Assembly (NCBI GenBank): GCA_902384455.1
Contig: CABMCB010000032.1
Coordinates: forward strand, 1 to 47,123
Length of the DNA stretch: 47,123 bases
Reading direction: 5' to 3'
Source: an uncultured archaeon
GTDB taxonomy: Archaea; Altiarchaeota; Altiarchaeia; IMC4; SCGC-AAA252-I15
Shown: positions 30,950 to 41,993 of the stretch, piece after piece
Numbering within the stretch: the stretch's first letter is position 1
Layout: each line of letters begins with the position of its first letter
Translations under genes and position numbers: made by a program
The notes under the pieces: model-generated
Databases searched by the model: none
What the model saw: only the letters and a program-made list of their open reading frames with translations
What the model was told of the DNA's origin: nothing

Positions 30950-32218
30950 TTACGCCTTCTTCTTGACCTCAAGTACCATGCCTGCGGCGACGGTTTGTCC
31001 CATGTCGCGGATTGCGAAGCGGCCTAGTTGTGGGAAGTCTTTGGCGCTTTCCACGACGACGTCTTTTGTCGGCTTTATTTTTACGACTGCGACGTCTCCT
31101 GTTTTCAGGAATTGCGGGTTTTCTTCTTTTACGCCGCCTGTTTTCGGGTCCATCTTTTTGAGGAGTTCTATGAAGGTGCAGGCGACTTGCGCAGTGTGCA
31201 GGTGGAATACGGGTGTGTATCCGACTGCTATGGCGCTTGGGTGCTGTAGCACGACTATTTGTGCTGTGAATTCGTCTGCGACTGTGGGCGGGTGCTCAAC
31301 TGGCCCTGCTACTTCGCCGCGGTGTACTTCGCCTTTGCCGACTCCTCTTACGTTGAATCCGACGTTGTCGCCGGGTCCGGCTTCTGGCATCTGCTCGTGG
31401 TGCATTTCGACGGTCTTGACTTCGGCGACTTTACCGGAAGGCATAAAGACGATTTTCTGGCCGGGCTTCAGTATGCCGGTTTCGACTCGTCCTACTGGGA
31501 CTGTTCCGATTCCTGTGATGCTGTAGACGTCTTGCACCGGCAGGCGCAGGGGTTTGTCCACTGGCTTCGGCGGTGCTTTGAGTTTGTCTAGTTCCTCAAG
31601 GAGCGTTGAGCCTTTGTACCAGGGCATGTTGGCGCTCTTTTTGGCTATGTTGTCTCCTTCGTAAGCGGATATGGCTAGGAAGGGCAGTTCGTCCGTCTTG
31701 TAGCCGATGCTTTTCAGGAGCTTGATAAGGTCTTCTTTGACGGCCTTGTATTTTGCTTCGTCGTATTTGACGGCGTCCATCTTGTTGATGGCGATGATTA
31801 TTTGTGGTACGCCGAGCGTCCGTATGAGGAACGCGTGCTCTTTCGTCTGGGGTTGTACTCCTTCTGGTGCGGCGCACATGAGGATTGCGGCGTCAGCTTG
31901 GCTTGCGCCGGTTATCATGTTTTTGATGAAGTCCTTGTGGCCGGGAGCGTCGATTATGGTGAAGTAGTTCTTCTGTGTCTGGAACTTTTTGTGGGCGATG
32001 TCGATGGTGACGCCGCGCTCACGCTCCTCCTTGAGGTTGTCCATGACCCATGCGAACTCGAACGTTGCCTTTCCGCCTGCTTGCGCAGCGTCGCGGAGTT
32101 TTTTGAGCTGCTGCTCTGTGACTTCGCCTACTTCGTATAGGAGGCGTCCTACAGTTGTGGATTTCCCGTGGTCTACGTGTCCAACGAACACGATGTTGAT
32201 ATGGGGTTTTTCAGCCAT
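30950..32218 (-). CDS. tuf: Elongation factor 1-alpha
   Basis: [26 protein letters not shown] and GRFAIRDMG. Confidence 0.98.
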   Translation of the reverse strand: MAEKPHINIVFVGHVDHGKSTTVGRLLYEVGEVTEQQLKKLRDAAQAGGKATFEFAWVMDNLKEERERGVTIDIAHKKFQTQKNYFTIIDAPGHKDFIKNMITGASQADAAILMCAAPEGVQPQTKEHAFLIRTLGVPQIIIAINKMDAVKYDEAKYKAVKEDLIKLLKSIGYKTDELPFLAISAYEGDNIAKKSANMPWYKGSTLLEELDKLKAPPKPVDKPLRLPVQDVYSITGIGTVPVGRVETGILKPGQKIVFMPSGKVAEVKTVEMHHEQMPEAGPGDNVGFNVRGVGKGEVHRGEVAGPVEHPPTVADEFTAQIVVLQHPSAIAVGYTPVFHLHTAQVACTFIELLKKMDPKTGGVKEENPQFLKTGDVAVVKIKPTKDVVVESAKDFPQLGRFAIRDMGQTVAAGMVLEVKKKA

Positions 32219-32287
32219 TGTTGTTCCTCTTGTTAGTGTTATTGTGGGTTTTAGTATTACGCTCTGATGCTTTAAATAATGGTGGTT

Positions 32288-34477
32288 TTACTCCATGAAG
32301 TCTTGGGGCTTAGGCAACTCCTTCTTGAGTCCCTTGCGCTCCCTTATTTTCATGATTATGTTGTTTGCAAGTTCAGGCGGCAGCTTGTCGAAGCCGGCGT
32401 TTTCCGTGCTCCATAGGGCGTGGCCTTCGCTTGCTCCGCGCATGTCTCCTGCGAATCCGAATGATTCTGCGACCGGTACTTTTCCGTCGATTGTCATAAG
32501 CTCGTCTTTTTGGTTCATTTGGCCTATGACTCCTCGGCGGCGTTGTACTTCCCGGACTATTGCGCCCATGTAGTCTTGCGGGACGTCCACCCAGATGTTC
32601 TGGATGGGCTCGAGGAAGCCGGGTTTGGCTTTTAGTATGCACGCGTAAATGGGGTTTTTGATTGCGGGGTATATCTGAGCTGGTCCTCTGTGTATGGCGT
32701 CTTCGTGAAGGGTTGCGTCCACGATTTTTACTTTGAGGCCCATCATGGGTTCTTTGGCGAGCGGGCCGCTTTTGCAGACTTGCTCGAATCCGTCCATCAG
32801 AAGTTCCATGACTTCGTCCAGGTGCTGGACTCCGCGAGTGTTGTCTATGAGTATGTTCCCGTGGTATATGTCGACTATGCGGCGGGCTTCTTCGTTGTCC
32901 CAGCCTAACTCCACGAGTTTAGCCCTGAGGTCTTTGCTTTTGTCTTTGCGGCGCCCTTCAGGTAGTTCTCCTTCCTGGATTGCGTCTCGGACTCCGGGTT
33001 CTACCGGCTCGATAACTATCTGGAATTTATTGTGCTTGTTGGGGCTTTTACCTTCTATGGGGCCGGCTGTGCCGTCTATTGTTTCGCGGTATACGACGAT
33101 TGGCGGGCTGGTGAGTATTTCTAGGCCTGTGGCTTTGATTCTGTTTGTGACTACTTCAAGGTGTAGTTCGCCCATCCCGGATAGGAGGTATTCGCCTGTT
33201 TCCTCGTCGATTTCTGCGCGGAGTGTCGGGTCTTCTCTGGCTGTTTGGCGCAGTACTTCTATTACGCGCGGCAGGTCTTTCATGTGTTTGGCTTCGACTG
33301 CGACTGTAACCACGGGCTCGCTGTGGTGCTTTATTACCTCAAATGGCTCCATGGGTTCGCTGCCGACTGATTCTCCTGCGAAGGCATGTTTGAGTCCTGT
33401 GACTGCGATGATGTTTCCGGCTGCGACTTGGTGTATGTTCAGGCGTGTTGCGCCCTGGTATACGCCGACTTGCATGACGCGTTCGCTGGTTTTAGCGCCC
33501 ACAAGGTAGACTGTGTCGCCTTCGTGGATTGTGCCCGAGAACATTCGGCCGGTGACGACTTCGCCTTCTCGTTTGTCGAATGTGGTGATGTTTGTGACCA
33601 TGAGGGCTAGTGGGCCGTTTGGGTCGCAGTTGAGCATTGATTGGGCTAGTTTGCTTTCTAGGTCGCCGTGCCATATTGCGGGTATCCTTATTTTCTGGGC
33701 TTGGGCGGGGTTTGGCAGGTGGCGGATTGCCATGTTTAGTATGATTTCGTATGCGGGCGCTTTGTCTGCGAGTATTCTGTGTTCGCCTTTTTGGCAGTAG
33801 TCTATTATGTCTTTGAATGTGATTCCCGCTTTTTTCATGTGGGGTACGTTGATGGCCCAGTTGTGGAATCCGGTTCCGAATGCGACGCTTCCGTCTTCTA
33901 CTTTTACGGTCCAGTCAACGCCTTCCGGCTGCTTCATCTTTATGATTTTGTTGACTTCGGCTATGATTTTGAGGAAGCGTTTTTGGAGTTCTTCTGGGGA
34001 AAGCTTGAGTTCGTTGACTAAGCGGTCGACTTTGTTTATGAAGAGTGTGGGTCTGACGCGTTCTTTGAGTGCTTGGTTGATGACTGTCTTAGTCTGCGGC
34101 ATGACGCCTTCGACTGCGCAGCACACTACTACTACGCCGTCTACTGCGCGCATGGCGCGGGTTACGTCGCCTCCGAAGTCCACGTGGCCGGGCGTGTCGA
34201 TTAGGTTGACTAGGTATTCTTCGCCTTCGAATTCGTGGACCATGCTTGCGCATGCGGCGTTGATTGTGATTCCTCGGGCTTGCTCGTCTTCACGGAAGTC
34301 TAGGGCGCATTGTTTTCCTGCTCCTTCGCGGCTTATCATTCCGGCGTGGTATAGAAGGTTGTCGGAGAGCGTAGTTTTGCCGTGGTCTATGTGGGCGACT
34401 ATGCCCATGTTCCTTATTTTCTCCGGCGTGTTGATGATGGAGTTGATGCTTTTAATTATTTCTTCGTTGCGTCCCAT
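32288..34477 (-). CDS. fusA: Elongation factor 2
   Basis: [21 protein letters not shown] and diphthamide loop [11 protein letters not shown]. Confidence 0.98.
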   Translation of the reverse strand: MGRNEEIIKSINSIINTPEKIRNMGIVAHIDHGKTTLSDNLLYHAGMISREGAGKQCALDFREDEQARGITINAACASMVHEFEGEEYLVNLIDTPGHVDFGGDVTRAMRAVDGVVVVCCAVEGVMPQTKTVINQALKERVRPTLFINKVDRLVNELKLSPEELQKRFLKIIAEVNKIIKMKQPEGVDWTVKVEDGSVAFGTGFHNWAINVPHMKKAGITFKDIIDYCQKGEHRILADKAPAYEIILNMAIRHLPNPAQAQKIRIPAIWHGDLESKLAQSMLNCDPNGPLALMVTNITTFDKREGEVVTGRMFSGTIHEGDTVYLVGAKTSERVMQVGVYQGATRLNIHQVAAGNIIAVTGLKHAFAGESVGSEPMEPFEVIKHHSEPVVTVAVEAKHMKDLPRVIEVLRQTAREDPTLRAEIDEETGEYLLSGMGELHLEVVTNRIKATGLEILTSPPIVVYRETIDGTAGPIEGKSPNKHNKFQIVIEPVEPGVRDAIQEGELPEGRRKDKSKDLRAKLVELGWDNEEARRIVDIYHGNILIDNTRGVQHLDEVMELLMDGFEQVCKSGPLAKEPMMGLKVKIVDATLHEDAIHRGPAQIYPAIKNPIYACILKAKPGFLEPIQNIWVDVPQDYMGAIVREVQRRRGVIGQMNQKDELMTIDGKVPVAESFGFAGDMRGASEGHALWSTENAGFDKLPPELANNIIMKIRERKGLKKELPKPQDFME

Positions 34478-34487
34478 TTTAGAACCT

Positions 34488-35096
34488 CTATCTTGATGAC
34501 TGGGCTATGCGCTCTGTCTCGTCTTTCCGCTGGATTGCGTAAGACTTTTGGTCGGCGGCGGCTGCCCAGATTATTTCGTCTGCAAGGCATTCGGCGGTGG
34601 ACTTCTTGCTGTTGAAGGCTACCGCAAACGCCCCTAAGCTCAGGTATTTGAGCGCGAAGTCCACGCGGCGTTGGCTGCTCACGTCGACTGCCTGGTGGTA
34701 ACGGATTCCTCCGTAGATGATTGTTGTGGTCTCCTCGCGAGGTCCGCTTTTGGATACGGCGTCTACGAGAACCTGCACAGGATTCTTTTTAGTCCGCTGC
34801 TCTATGATTTCGAAAGCCTCGCGGATTATGTTGACGGTAGTCTGCTTCTTCCCCATAGCGCCTTCACCGCGAATGAACTTCCCCGCGACCTTCCGAGTAC
34901 CCTGACCGGAACGCATCATGCGGTTGATCAAGCGTTCAACAACGTTAATCCTGGATTTCGCAAACTGCTTCTTGCTGTGGCGACCGTGAGTGTGAGGCAC
35001 AAAAATAGGCTGGATATCAATGTACTTCGCCAAGGCCTTATCTTGGACTTCAACGCCTTCAAAGTCCCACCGCCCGAAAAGTTTAAGTCCTTCCAT
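34488..35096 (-). CDS. rps7: 30S ribosomal protein S7 (uS7)
   Basis: LFGRW, PHTHGRH, NPVQVL, PREE and [12 protein letters not shown]. Confidence 0.97.
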   Translation of the reverse strand: MEGLKLFGRWDFEGVEVQDKALAKYIDIQPIFVPHTHGRHSKKQFAKSRINVVERLINRMMRSGQGTRKVAGKFIRGEGAMGKKQTTVNIIREAFEIIEQRTKKNPVQVLVDAVSKSGPREETTTIIYGGIRYHQAVDVSSQRRVDFALKYLSLGAFAVAFNSKKSTAECLADEIIWAAAADQKSYAIQRKDETERIAQSSR

Positions 35097-35097
35097 T

Positions 35098-35265
35098 TTA
35101 AGTTAATTTTTTGAATCCGATGCTTGTGGCAACCTCACGGAAGCATCTCCGGCAAATGTTCAGGCCGTACTTGTGTATCAGGCCTGATGTTGAACCGCAG
35201 GTTGTGCATGCCAAGTCTCTGGCGGCCTTTGAGGGCTTTTTGGGTGTTTCAGTCTTCGCTTCCAA
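35098..35265 (-). CDS. rps14: 30S ribosomal protein S14 (uS14, Zn-binding), 55 aa, not in the ORF track
   Basis: TTG start after GGTG. ...[37 protein letters not shown], at its canonical position after L5. Confidence 0.93.
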   Translation of the reverse strand: MEAKTETPKKPSKAARDLACTTCGSTSGLIHKYGLNICRRCFREVATSIGFKKLT

Positions 35266-35776
35266 TTTTTACACCGAATTTTTGTTTCATGAATTCTATG
35301 GATTCTTCTGGGGTTAGGCGCGCTTTTTGCGGGATTTTTGAGGCGCGCAGCGACCGGCGTTTGACGTGTCCTCCGGGGCGCTCTATTGTGGCGCAGATGT
35401 TTAGGCCGAATATTCCTATGTCGGGGTCGTATTTGATTCCTTGTATGTCGATGTATTCCTGTATGCCGAAGCTTAGGTTTCCGCTTGCATCAAAGTGCGA
35501 TGCGGTTAATACGTTGTCTTTGGCGTACAGGCATCGTTTGAGTACTTCCTCGGCGGGTTTTCCGCGGAGTGTGACTTTACACCCTATGGGCTCTCCTTTG
35601 CGCAGGGTCCATTGGGGTATTCGCTTTGTGCTGACTGTTCTAACTGGTTTGCGGCCTGTGAGCTTGGTGAGTAAGGCTTCTGCTTTTACGAGCCGTTCTC
35701 CGCTTTCTCCCACACCTATGTTAAGCACGACTTTCTCCAGGCGCGGCAGCAGCATTGGGTTGGTTTTTTCTGACAT
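35249..35776 (-). CDS. rpl5: 50S ribosomal protein L5 (uL5)
   Basis: [24 protein letters not shown] and YDPDIGIFG. Confidence 0.97.
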   Translation of the reverse strand: MSEKTNPMLLPRLEKVVLNIGVGESGERLVKAEALLTKLTGRKPVRTVSTKRIPQWTLRKGEPIGCKVTLRGKPAEEVLKRCLYAKDNVLTASHFDASGNLSFGIQEYIDIQGIKYDPDIGIFGLNICATIERPGGHVKRRSLRASKIPQKARLTPEESIEFMKQKFGVKIGSED

Positions 35777-35777
35777 C

Positions 35778-36443
35778 TTAGTTTAGCTTAAATGTGGTTT
35801 TGTCGTCCCCCACTAGGATTATGTAGTCTGTGAGCGTCTGTATGCTTCCAATCGAAGTCAGGGACTTGCGCGTGACTGTCGACGGAATAATCGACGTTAT
35901 CGCGCCCACCTGCCCTTTGTGGCGGCCGTGTGTTACGAGCGCTATTTTTCCTTCTGCGAAGGGTATGTGGTGTTTTATGTGCCCTGTTGAAACGTCGAAT
36001 ACGACGGTGTCTTTGACTTTGTATTCGCCTTTTGTAGAGGCGATGACGTATCCGTCGTGGAAGCTGTATTGGATTTTTCCGCCGGGTGTTACGCGTTTGC
36101 CGGTTACCTTCCGGGGCTTAAGGTGAGTTTCTGCTTTGTCCACGGGCTGTAGGCGGAGTCCTTTTTGGCCGGGCACTATCCGGTATGCGGCTTGTAGTGC
36201 GGGTATGAGTAGTATGTCTAGTGCGCCGACTCCGAATGAGGGGTCGCGGCGGACTACGCCGTCCACTGTTATTGACCCGTCCACAATGATTTTTCTTGCT
36301 TCCCGGGCGTTATCGGCGTAGCAGATGTAGTCGCGCACAAGCGAGAGTAAAGGTACGCTGTCTGCTTTAGCGTGGGGACTCCTAGGTGTCGTCACCCATT
36401 TACTTGCTTTTCCGTAACCTGTAGCTATTCTTTTACTGTGCAT
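35778..36443 (-). CDS. rps4e: 30S ribosomal protein S4e (eS4)
   Basis: PH...SVPL..LVRD, VDG.VR, HDG and KOW-like GRHKG; canonical operon position. Confidence 0.93.
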   Translation of the reverse strand: MHSKRIATGYGKASKWVTTPRSPHAKADSVPLLSLVRDYICYADNAREARKIIVDGSITVDGVVRRDPSFGVGALDILLIPALQAAYRIVPGQKGLRLQPVDKAETHLKPRKVTGKRVTPGGKIQYSFHDGYVIASTKGEYKVKDTVVFDVSTGHIKHHIPFAEGKIALVTHGRHKGQVGAITSIIPSTVTRKSLTSIGSIQTLTDYIILVGDDKTTFKLN

Positions 36444-36816
36444 TTTCTGTCTTCATGGTGCGCTCCAACATTTCGCGGCGTTGGGCGTCATCAAGCTCTA
36501 ATTCGGTGATTTGAAGCTGACTGGAACGAAGCGGCCTTTCCACGTCCGTGTTGTCGCTCTTTTTTACTGTGACTCCGGCGACATACACTTTCAGCGTTTT
36601 CAGTTCTACTCGGGTAACTTGGCCTGAAACGCCTTTGAATGAGCCGGACAGCACTTTGACTACGTCGCCTTTCCGCACTGGAAGGGAGCGGCGGCCGTAT
36701 TTTTTGCGTAGTTCTGCGCTTAGGCTGCTGACTACCATCTTCTGCTTTTTGTGCAGTGGGGCGTCGCGGGCCCATACGCGTTGTTTGCGCGGTTGTGATG
36801 ATGTTGGCTGCTTCAT
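36433..36816 (-). CDS. rpl24: 50S ribosomal protein L24 (uL24)
   Basis: SSQPRKQR, APLH and RSLPVRKGD. Confidence 0.96.
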   Translation of the reverse strand: MKQPTSSQPRKQRVWARDAPLHKKQKMVVSSLSAELRKKYGRRSLPVRKGDVVKVLSGSFKGVSGQVTRVELKTLKVYVAGVTVKKSDNTDVERPLRSSQLQITELELDDAQRREMLERTMKTENAQ

Positions 36817-36828
36817 GGTATTGAGTGT

Positions 36829-37269
36829 TTAGATTACGATTTTGGATATGGGCCCTACTTTCACCCAGCGTTCTGCGGCTTCGCGGGCTACTGGTCCCTT
36901 GATTTCTGTTCCGCGCGGCATTCCGTCTTCGTTGACGATTATTGCCGCGTTGTCGGCGAACTTGATTTTAACTCCGTTGTATCGTGTGTAAGCGCGCTTC
37001 TGCCTTATGATGACTGCGTGCAACACCTGCTTTCTGATGTCGGGGCGGCCTTTTTTGACTGATACGATTACCATGTCGGCTACTCCTGCCGACGGCATTC
37101 GGTTTAGCACGCCTTTGTATCCTTTGACTGCGATGATTTCCACTTCTTTTGCGCCGGTGTTGTCTGCGCACGTCAGTTGCGCTCCCACGGGTAGGGCACG
37201 GCTTATTCGGGCGGTCACCGCCTTTCCGAGGGGGATGTTCTTGGGCATCCCGCCCATTGGCTTGGCCAT
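36829..37269 (-). CDS. rpl14: 50S ribosomal protein L14 (uL14)
   Basis: CADNTGAK, AVIIRQK, DNAAIIV and KGPVAREAAERW. Confidence 0.97.
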   Translation of the reverse strand: MAKPMGGMPKNIPLGKAVTARISRALPVGAQLTCADNTGAKEVEIIAVKGYKGVLNRMPSAGVADMVIVSVKKGRPDIRKQVLHAVIIRQKRAYTRYNGVKIKFADNAAIIVNEDGMPRGTEIKGPVAREAAERWVKVGPISKIVI

Positions 37270-37270
37270 C

Positions 37271-37600
37271 TTAGAGTTTTTCGATTACTTTGAAGTTCTT
37301 CGTTTTGCTGATTTTGCGGCACTCCATTATGCGGACTTTGTCGCCGACCTTAAGGTTAATCTCAGGCGGCTTGTGCGCGGGAATGCGGCTTCTCTTGCGG
37401 AAGTACCTCTCGTACTTCTTGGACTTGTCGTAGTAGTCGCGCTGCACTATGACGGTGTTTTCCATCTTGTCCGATACGACTACTCCTTCGAGTATGAGGC
37501 CTCGCGTAGGCAGAACTTTGTCTTTCGCCGCCTGAACCTGCGTTTTCTTGGCGGATTCGGCTTTTGCCTTAGGGGCTTTGGAGACTTTTCCTGTTGCCAT
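37271..37600 (-). CDS. rps17: 30S ribosomal protein S17 (uS17)
   Basis: [17 protein letters not shown] and [11 protein letters not shown]. Confidence 0.96.
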   Translation of the reverse strand: MATGKVSKAPKAKAESAKKTQVQAAKDKVLPTRGLILEGVVVSDKMENTVIVQRDYYDKSKKYERYFRKRSRIPAHKPPEINLKVGDKVRIMECRKISKTKNFKVIEKL

Positions 37601-37601
37601 C

Positions 37602-37889
37602 TTAGTTTGTGATGCGTATTTTCTTTTTTATGCGGTCTTCCGGCCGGCCCGCTAACAGGCGGCCTTCGACTTCCACTGTCGCGCCTTCCGGCAGCGTTAG
37701 GCGGAGGACTGTTTCCTTCTTGGGGAAGGAGCGGGTCGTTCCGTCTGCGCACTTGAGGGTTATCGTTTCGCGGGTTTCGTCCGCGATGATGCCCTGCGCT
37801 GGCGCGTATCCCCTTCGGCCTTGAGGGGAGCTTATCTCCGCTGTTAGGCCGATCAGTTCGTGCTTAAGCACGTTCTGGGGGGTTATCAT
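37602..37889 (-). CDS. rnp1: RNase P protein component 1 (Rpp29/Pop4)
   Basis: [22 protein letters not shown] and GRPEDRIK; canonical position. Confidence 0.93.
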   Translation of the reverse strand: MITPQNVLKHELIGLTAEISSPQGRRGYAPAQGIIADETRETITLKCADGTTRSFPKKETVLRLTLPEGATVEVEGRLLAGRPEDRIKKKIRITN

Positions 37890-37921
37890 GAGTTGTTGTT
37901 TTGCCGTTTTTTTTCGGCGTT

Positions 37922-38218
37922 TTATGCCGTCTCTATCATGTCCTCGGAGAATCCGAGGTCGTGTAGGACGTTTTTGGCGCGGTTTACGTGTTCGCCTTGG
38001 AGTTCTATTATGTTGTTTTTTGAGGTTCCGCCGCAGGCGAGTTTTGTTTTTAGTTCTTTTGCTATTTTGTTGACGTCCACGTTTTGGAACCCGTCGACTA
38101 TTGTGACGTATTTGCCGTAGCGGCGTTTGTCGCTGCGGACGCGGATTTTCTGCCCGACGTAGGAAATCTCGTCCCATACGCCGAGTTCTTCGGGCAGTCC
38201 GGTCTTAGGGTCCCTCAT
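37922..38218 (-). CDS. Translation initiation factor aIF1 (SUI1)
   Basis: KRRYGKYVTIV, LKTKLACGGT and IELQGEH. Confidence 0.95.
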   Translation of the reverse strand: MRDPKTGLPEELGVWDEISYVGQKIRVRSDKRRYGKYVTIVDGFQNVDVNKIAKELKTKLACGGTSKNNIIELQGEHVNRAKNVLHDLGFSEDMIETA

Positions 38219-38439
38219 TTCTGAGTTTTTTTCACCTCTCCGTGGGCTTTTTGTTTTTGTATGGTGAGTATGCGTGCTATGTTGCGGCGTAGTATGCGGG
38301 CTTTTCCGACGTCTTCAGGTACGCCGCCGCTTTTTAATGCCCCTTTTATCTTCATGTACTGTTTTTTCAGCTCCGTAATCTGCAGGCTCATGTCGTCGTC
38401 AGACATCTCCCGGATTGCTGTTGATTTCAGTTGGGCCAT
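38215..38439 (-). CDS. rpl29: 50S ribosomal protein L29 (uL29)
   Basis: IREMS...LRRNIARILT; canonical position. Confidence 0.93.
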   Translation of the reverse strand: MAQLKSTAIREMSDDDMSLQITELKKQYMKIKGALKSGGVPEDVGKARILRRNIARILTIQKQKAHGEVKKTQK

Positions 38440-38474
38440 TGGCGAGGGTTATAGTTTATGGAGGGTTCGGTTAT

Positions 38475-39335
38475 TTAAGCTTCTTCTTTGCTTGCTTGTT
38501 CCGCAGGAGTTTCTTCCTTGGGTTCTTCTCCCGCGTTGGGGGCTTTTTCGGCGTTTACCGCCTTCTTCCTCGGCGCCCTCTTTTTGGGTTCCGCCGTTGC
38601 TTCGCCTTCAGACGCCTCCTTCTTCTTGGGGGCGGCCCGCTTGCGCGTCTTCGGCTTTTCAGAGGCGGTTTTGACTGCGTCGGCAGCTGTTTCCGCTACT
38701 GGAGCTTCTGCGGCAGCCGCTGGTTCTTGCGGGGCTTCAGGCTGTATGACTCTGATTTGGTCGGGGAACGTTATTTCTGGGGGAACTATGCGCACGCTGA
38801 CGCCGATTACGCCGCTTTTCACGAAAGCCTGCGTCTTCCCCATCTTGACGAGCTTGCTTGAGTCGCCGGCCTTCTTCATGTATCCTTCCAAGTATTTTTC
38901 CGAGCGGCTTCGGCCTCCTTTGCCGGCGAGTTTTCCGCCGATTTGGATTTCGACTCCGCGGGCGCCGGACATCATTATTGCGCGTAGTGCCTTGTAGACT
39001 ATGCGTCGGCGGTTCATTCCGCGTTCTAGTGCGACGGCTATTCTTCTGGCGACTATGTTTGGGTCGAGTGTTGGGCGTTCTATGCGCTGTACGTCTATGA
39101 CCGGGTTTTCTATTCCGTAGTCTTCTTTGAGAGCGCGTGTTAGCTTGTTTATGCGTTTGCCCTTCTTTCCGATTACTATCGGGGGCTTTTCAACGTAGAG
39201 TATTACGCGGGTGGCTAGGTGAGTCTTTTGTATGTTGATTCCGCTGTATCCCGCGCGGTTGAGTTCGTCGTGGAGGTATTTCTCAACTTGGCTTCGTATG
39301 ACTCCTTCCTGAATGAAGTGTTTCTCCATTGCCAT
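38475..39335 (-). CDS. rps3: 30S ribosomal protein S3 (uS3) with long Ala/Lys/Glu-rich tail
   Basis: AGYSG, KH domain VIGKKG, GARGVEI.I.GKL and GVIGV.V.IVPP. Confidence 0.96.
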   Translation of the reverse strand: MAMEKHFIQEGVIRSQVEKYLHDELNRAGYSGINIQKTHLATRVILYVEKPPIVIGKKGKRINKLTRALKEDYGIENPVIDVQRIERPTLDPNIVARRIAVALERGMNRRRIVYKALRAIMMSGARGVEIQIGGKLAGKGGRSRSEKYLEGYMKKAGDSSKLVKMGKTQAFVKSGVIGVSVRIVPPEITFPDQIRVIQPEAPQEPAAAAEAPVAETAADAVKTASEKPKTRKRAAPKKKEASEGEATAEPKKRAPRKKAVNAEKAPNAGEEPKEETPAEQASKEEA

Positions 39336-39336
39336 T

Positions 39337-39786
39337 TTACTTCTTCTCCTCCGCAACCGCCTGGATGCTCACATACTGGCGAGCCCAACCGTGCCAGCGG
39401 CCTTTAGGTCGTCTGCGTACGCGGTCTACTCCTTTTTGAGCTTGTATGTGTGTGATTGTGAGTGATTCGGCGTCTAGCCCCTTGAAGTCTGCGTTTGCCG
39501 CTAAGTTTGTAAGTAGCTCCAGCATTCTCTTTCCGACTTTGATGGGGTATTTGCCGATTTTGGGTTGGCCGCTTCTGTGGCCTATTCCTTTTCGGTGTAT
39601 TGGAAATGGTAGTGCTACGTTTTTTTCTGTGACTGCTGTGATGTATGTTGTGGCGTCTGAGACTTTCATTCCCCTTAGTTTTTTGCAGTAGACTGTGGCG
39701 TCTTTGAAGCTTATGTCTTGGTCGCGCAGCTGGGCTTTCGCCGCCTTTGATGCGTCTTTGATTGTGTTTGAGTATTTGAGCTCCAT
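39337..39786 (-). CDS. rpl22: 50S ribosomal protein L22 (uL22)
   Basis: ISFK, GHR...GKYP.K and NADFKGLD. Confidence 0.95.
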   Translation of the reverse strand: MELKYSNTIKDASKAAKAQLRDQDISFKDATVYCKKLRGMKVSDATTYITAVTEKNVALPFPIHRKGIGHRSGQPKIGKYPIKVGKRMLELLTNLAANADFKGLDAESLTITHIQAQKGVDRVRRRPKGRWHGWARQYVSIQAVAEEKK

Positions 39787-39793
39787 TTTTGCT

Positions 39794-40204
39794 TTACTTT
39801 AGCGGCACGAACATGCTGCTTCTGGTTGCGCCGATTCCGGGTGCGCTGTGTTTGACCTGCTTGCAGGTTATTGAAAATTCTCCGAGGTAGTGGCCTATCA
39901 TCTCGGGGTTGATTTCGACGTTTATGAACTCTTTGCCGCTGTATACGCCGATTGTGAGTCCGACCATTGCCGGCAGTACTGGGAAGTCGCGGCAGTGTGT
40001 TTTTATGACTACTGGTTTTCCGCCTTCGACCGGGTTTTTCGCTGCTTTTTTGACTTCAGACAGGAATTTTTTGCTTTGAGCGTTAAGTCCGCGCTTGAAG
40101 TTTCTGCGTACGCGGGAGGGCAATAGCGCCACCATCTCCTCCTGCGGGAGCTGCTTTAGTTCTTCGATTGTTTTGCCTCGGTAGGTGAATTCTTTGCGCG
40201 CCAT
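39794..40204 (-). CDS. rps19: 30S ribosomal protein S19 (uS19)
   Basis: FTYRGKT, KTHCRD, EMIGHYLGEF and PGIGATRSS. Confidence 0.97.
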   Translation of the reverse strand: MARKEFTYRGKTIEELKQLPQEEMVALLPSRVRRNFKRGLNAQSKKFLSEVKKAAKNPVEGGKPVVIKTHCRDFPVLPAMVGLTIGVYSGKEFINVEINPEMIGHYLGEFSITCKQVKHSAPGIGATRSSMFVPLK

Positions 40205-40206
40205 TT

Positions 40207-40935
40207 TTACTTCTTCCTCTTACCTGTGCGTTTTGCAGCGATGTGACCGACTTTTCTTCCTGCGGGCGTGTCACGTGAAACTGTGGTTGGCCGTCCGACG
40301 TGCGGGTGGCGTCCTCCTCCGTGCGGGTGGTCGACTGCGTTTTTGGCTCTGCCTTTGACGACTGGCCAGAGTTTTCCTCTTGCTTTCTTGGCGTAGAACA
40401 TCTGTCCTGCGTGAGCCATCAATTTGTCTTTGCGTCCGCCTCCGGCGACTCTGCCGACTGTGGCTAGACAGCCGTTTTTTATGTGGATTGTTTTCTTTGA
40501 GGGGAGCCGTATTTCGGTTAAGTTCAGTATTCTGTCGTGGGATACTACTTGAGCGAATGTTCCGGATGAGCGCACCAGCTTGCCTCCGTCTCCTTTCCTG
40601 ATTTCGATGCAGTATATCTCCGTCCCTTCTGGGATGGTTTCTATGGGCAGCACGCTTCCTGCTGCGACATTTGCGCCTCTGCCGAACTGGAGCATGCGGC
40701 CGACTGATATGCCTTCGGGGGCTATTAGTAGTGTTTCTGAGAAGTTTCCGTCTAGTATTACTTTCATTATGGGGGCTGAGCGCGCTGCGTCATGCACTAA
40801 GTCTATGACTTGGCCGACGGATAATGTTTCGTAGTTTATTTTTGGGTATTCGATGTTGGCGAGGTACCTGGAGCTTGGGCTTAGGAAGCGGGGGTTTCCT
40901 GCGCCGCGCCGTTGCGTGATTAATCGTTTACCCAT
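40207..40935 (-). CDS. rpl2: 50S ribosomal protein L2 (uL2)
   Basis: MGKRLITQRRG, DGGKLVRSSG and NAVDHPHGGG. Confidence 0.97.
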   Translation of the reverse strand: MGKRLITQRRGAGNPRFLSPSSRYLANIEYPKINYETLSVGQVIDLVHDAARSAPIMKVILDGNFSETLLIAPEGISVGRMLQFGRGANVAAGSVLPIETIPEGTEIYCIEIRKGDGGKLVRSSGTFAQVVSHDRILNLTEIRLPSKKTIHIKNGCLATVGRVAGGGRKDKLMAHAGQMFYAKKARGKLWPVVKGRAKNAVDHPHGGGRHPHVGRPTTVSRDTPAGRKVGHIAAKRTGKRKK

Positions 40936-40945
40936 TTTTGTTTTA

Positions 40946-41206
40946 TTAGATTATGCCGAAGTGGCTTGCGACTTCTTCTGCGGAGTCCTTTGGAGACAGC
41001 CGGACGTGAGCCTTCTTTAGGCCTTCTGACGTCACCATTACGTTTATTTCCTGGATGGTGATTTTGTAGAGGGTTTCTACTGCCTCTTTCACGTCTTTTT
41101 TCGTCGCTTTTTTGTCTACGATGAAAGTGAGCACGTTGGATTTTTCCCTGAGTAACGTCGCCTTCTCGCCCATTAGGGGGTAAAGTATTACTTTATTGGG
41201 TTCCAT
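40946..41206 (-). CDS. rpl23: 50S ribosomal protein L23 (uL23)
   Basis: YPL..EKA, NVLTFIVD and KKAHVRL. Confidence 0.96.
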   Translation of the reverse strand: MEPNKVILYPLMGEKATLLREKSNVLTFIVDKKATKKDVKEAVETLYKITIQEINVMVTSEGLKKAHVRLSPKDSAEEVASHFGII

Positions 41207-41993
41207 GTTGCGTTGGTAAGTGCTTGAGCGCTGACTGAGTCCAGACGGTTAGCCGGCCGGCTTTGCCGCCGGGAGCCACGTCTTCGACAGTCAGACTTGT
41301 CGCTTCTACTGCGTCCACACCAGGTATGTTTGTGGCCGCATTGAGGACTTTTGATTTGGGGCCTACTACTATGAGGACGCTTTTTTTGGTGCGTTTTACT
41401 CTTCCGCGGCTTACGCCGTGTGATGAGCCGGTTGTTTTGGTTTTGGTGCGCTCTATTTCTGCGGTTAATCCTAGCTTCTTGAATGCTGCGAGTATGTCTT
41501 TGGCTTTGCTTAATGATTCGAATGCATCTTCGACGACCAACGGGACTTCGGGGACTTCGCTTACCTTGTGGCCTCTTTGTAGTATGAGGTCGATGTTGGA
41601 TGTGGCCGCTATTGCCGACTTTAGTGCGAGTTGTGCTTCTTTGTTGTTTATTTTCTTTGTGTAGTCGGTTCCTTTTGGGGCGTGAAGTTTGGGTCCGGCT
41701 TTTGCTTGGGATACGCCGCGTACTTGGCCGAGTCCTCCTCCGCCTGGTTTGATGCGGGGAAGGCGACTCATGCTTTTGTTCATTGTTATGCGGGCGCCTT
41801 CTTTTCTTTGGCCGTAGTATTCTGCGCTTGTGTGGCGGCCGGCTAGTTCGTATTGCGCGTAGGGTGTGCGTCTGCTTGATTGTTGGGCTATTACTGCGCG
41901 TTGTATGACGTCTGGGCGGTAGGGCGTCTTGAATACTGCAGGCAGGTTTACTGTGCCTTTTGAGGCGCCTTCGATGCTGTGTAATTTCGTCAT
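41193..41993 (-). CDS. rpl4: 50S ribosomal protein L4 (uL4)
   Basis: LPAVF...RPDVI, KINNKE and APGGKAGRLTVWT. Confidence 0.96.
   Translation of the reverse strand: MTKLHSIEGASKGTVNLPAVFKTPYRPDVIQRAVIAQQSSRRTPYAQYELAGRHTSAEYYGQRKEGARITMNKSMSRLPRIKPGGGGLGQVRGVSQAKAGPKLHAPKGTDYTKKINNKEAQLALKSAIAATSNIDLILQRGHKVSEVPEVPLVVEDAFESLSKAKDILAAFKKLGLTAEIERTKTKTTGSSHGVSRGRVKRTKKSVLIVVGPKSKVLNAATNIPGVDAVEATSLTVEDVAPGGKAGRLTVWTQSALKHLPTQHGTQ

Noticed and set aside
32670-32710. Possible loss of the diphthamide site in EF-2
   Set aside because: The motif [11 protein letters not shown] is canonical.
37890-38177. Long N-terminal extension of Rpp29
   Set aside because: It is an alternative frame over the aIF1 gene; the real start is ATG 37889.
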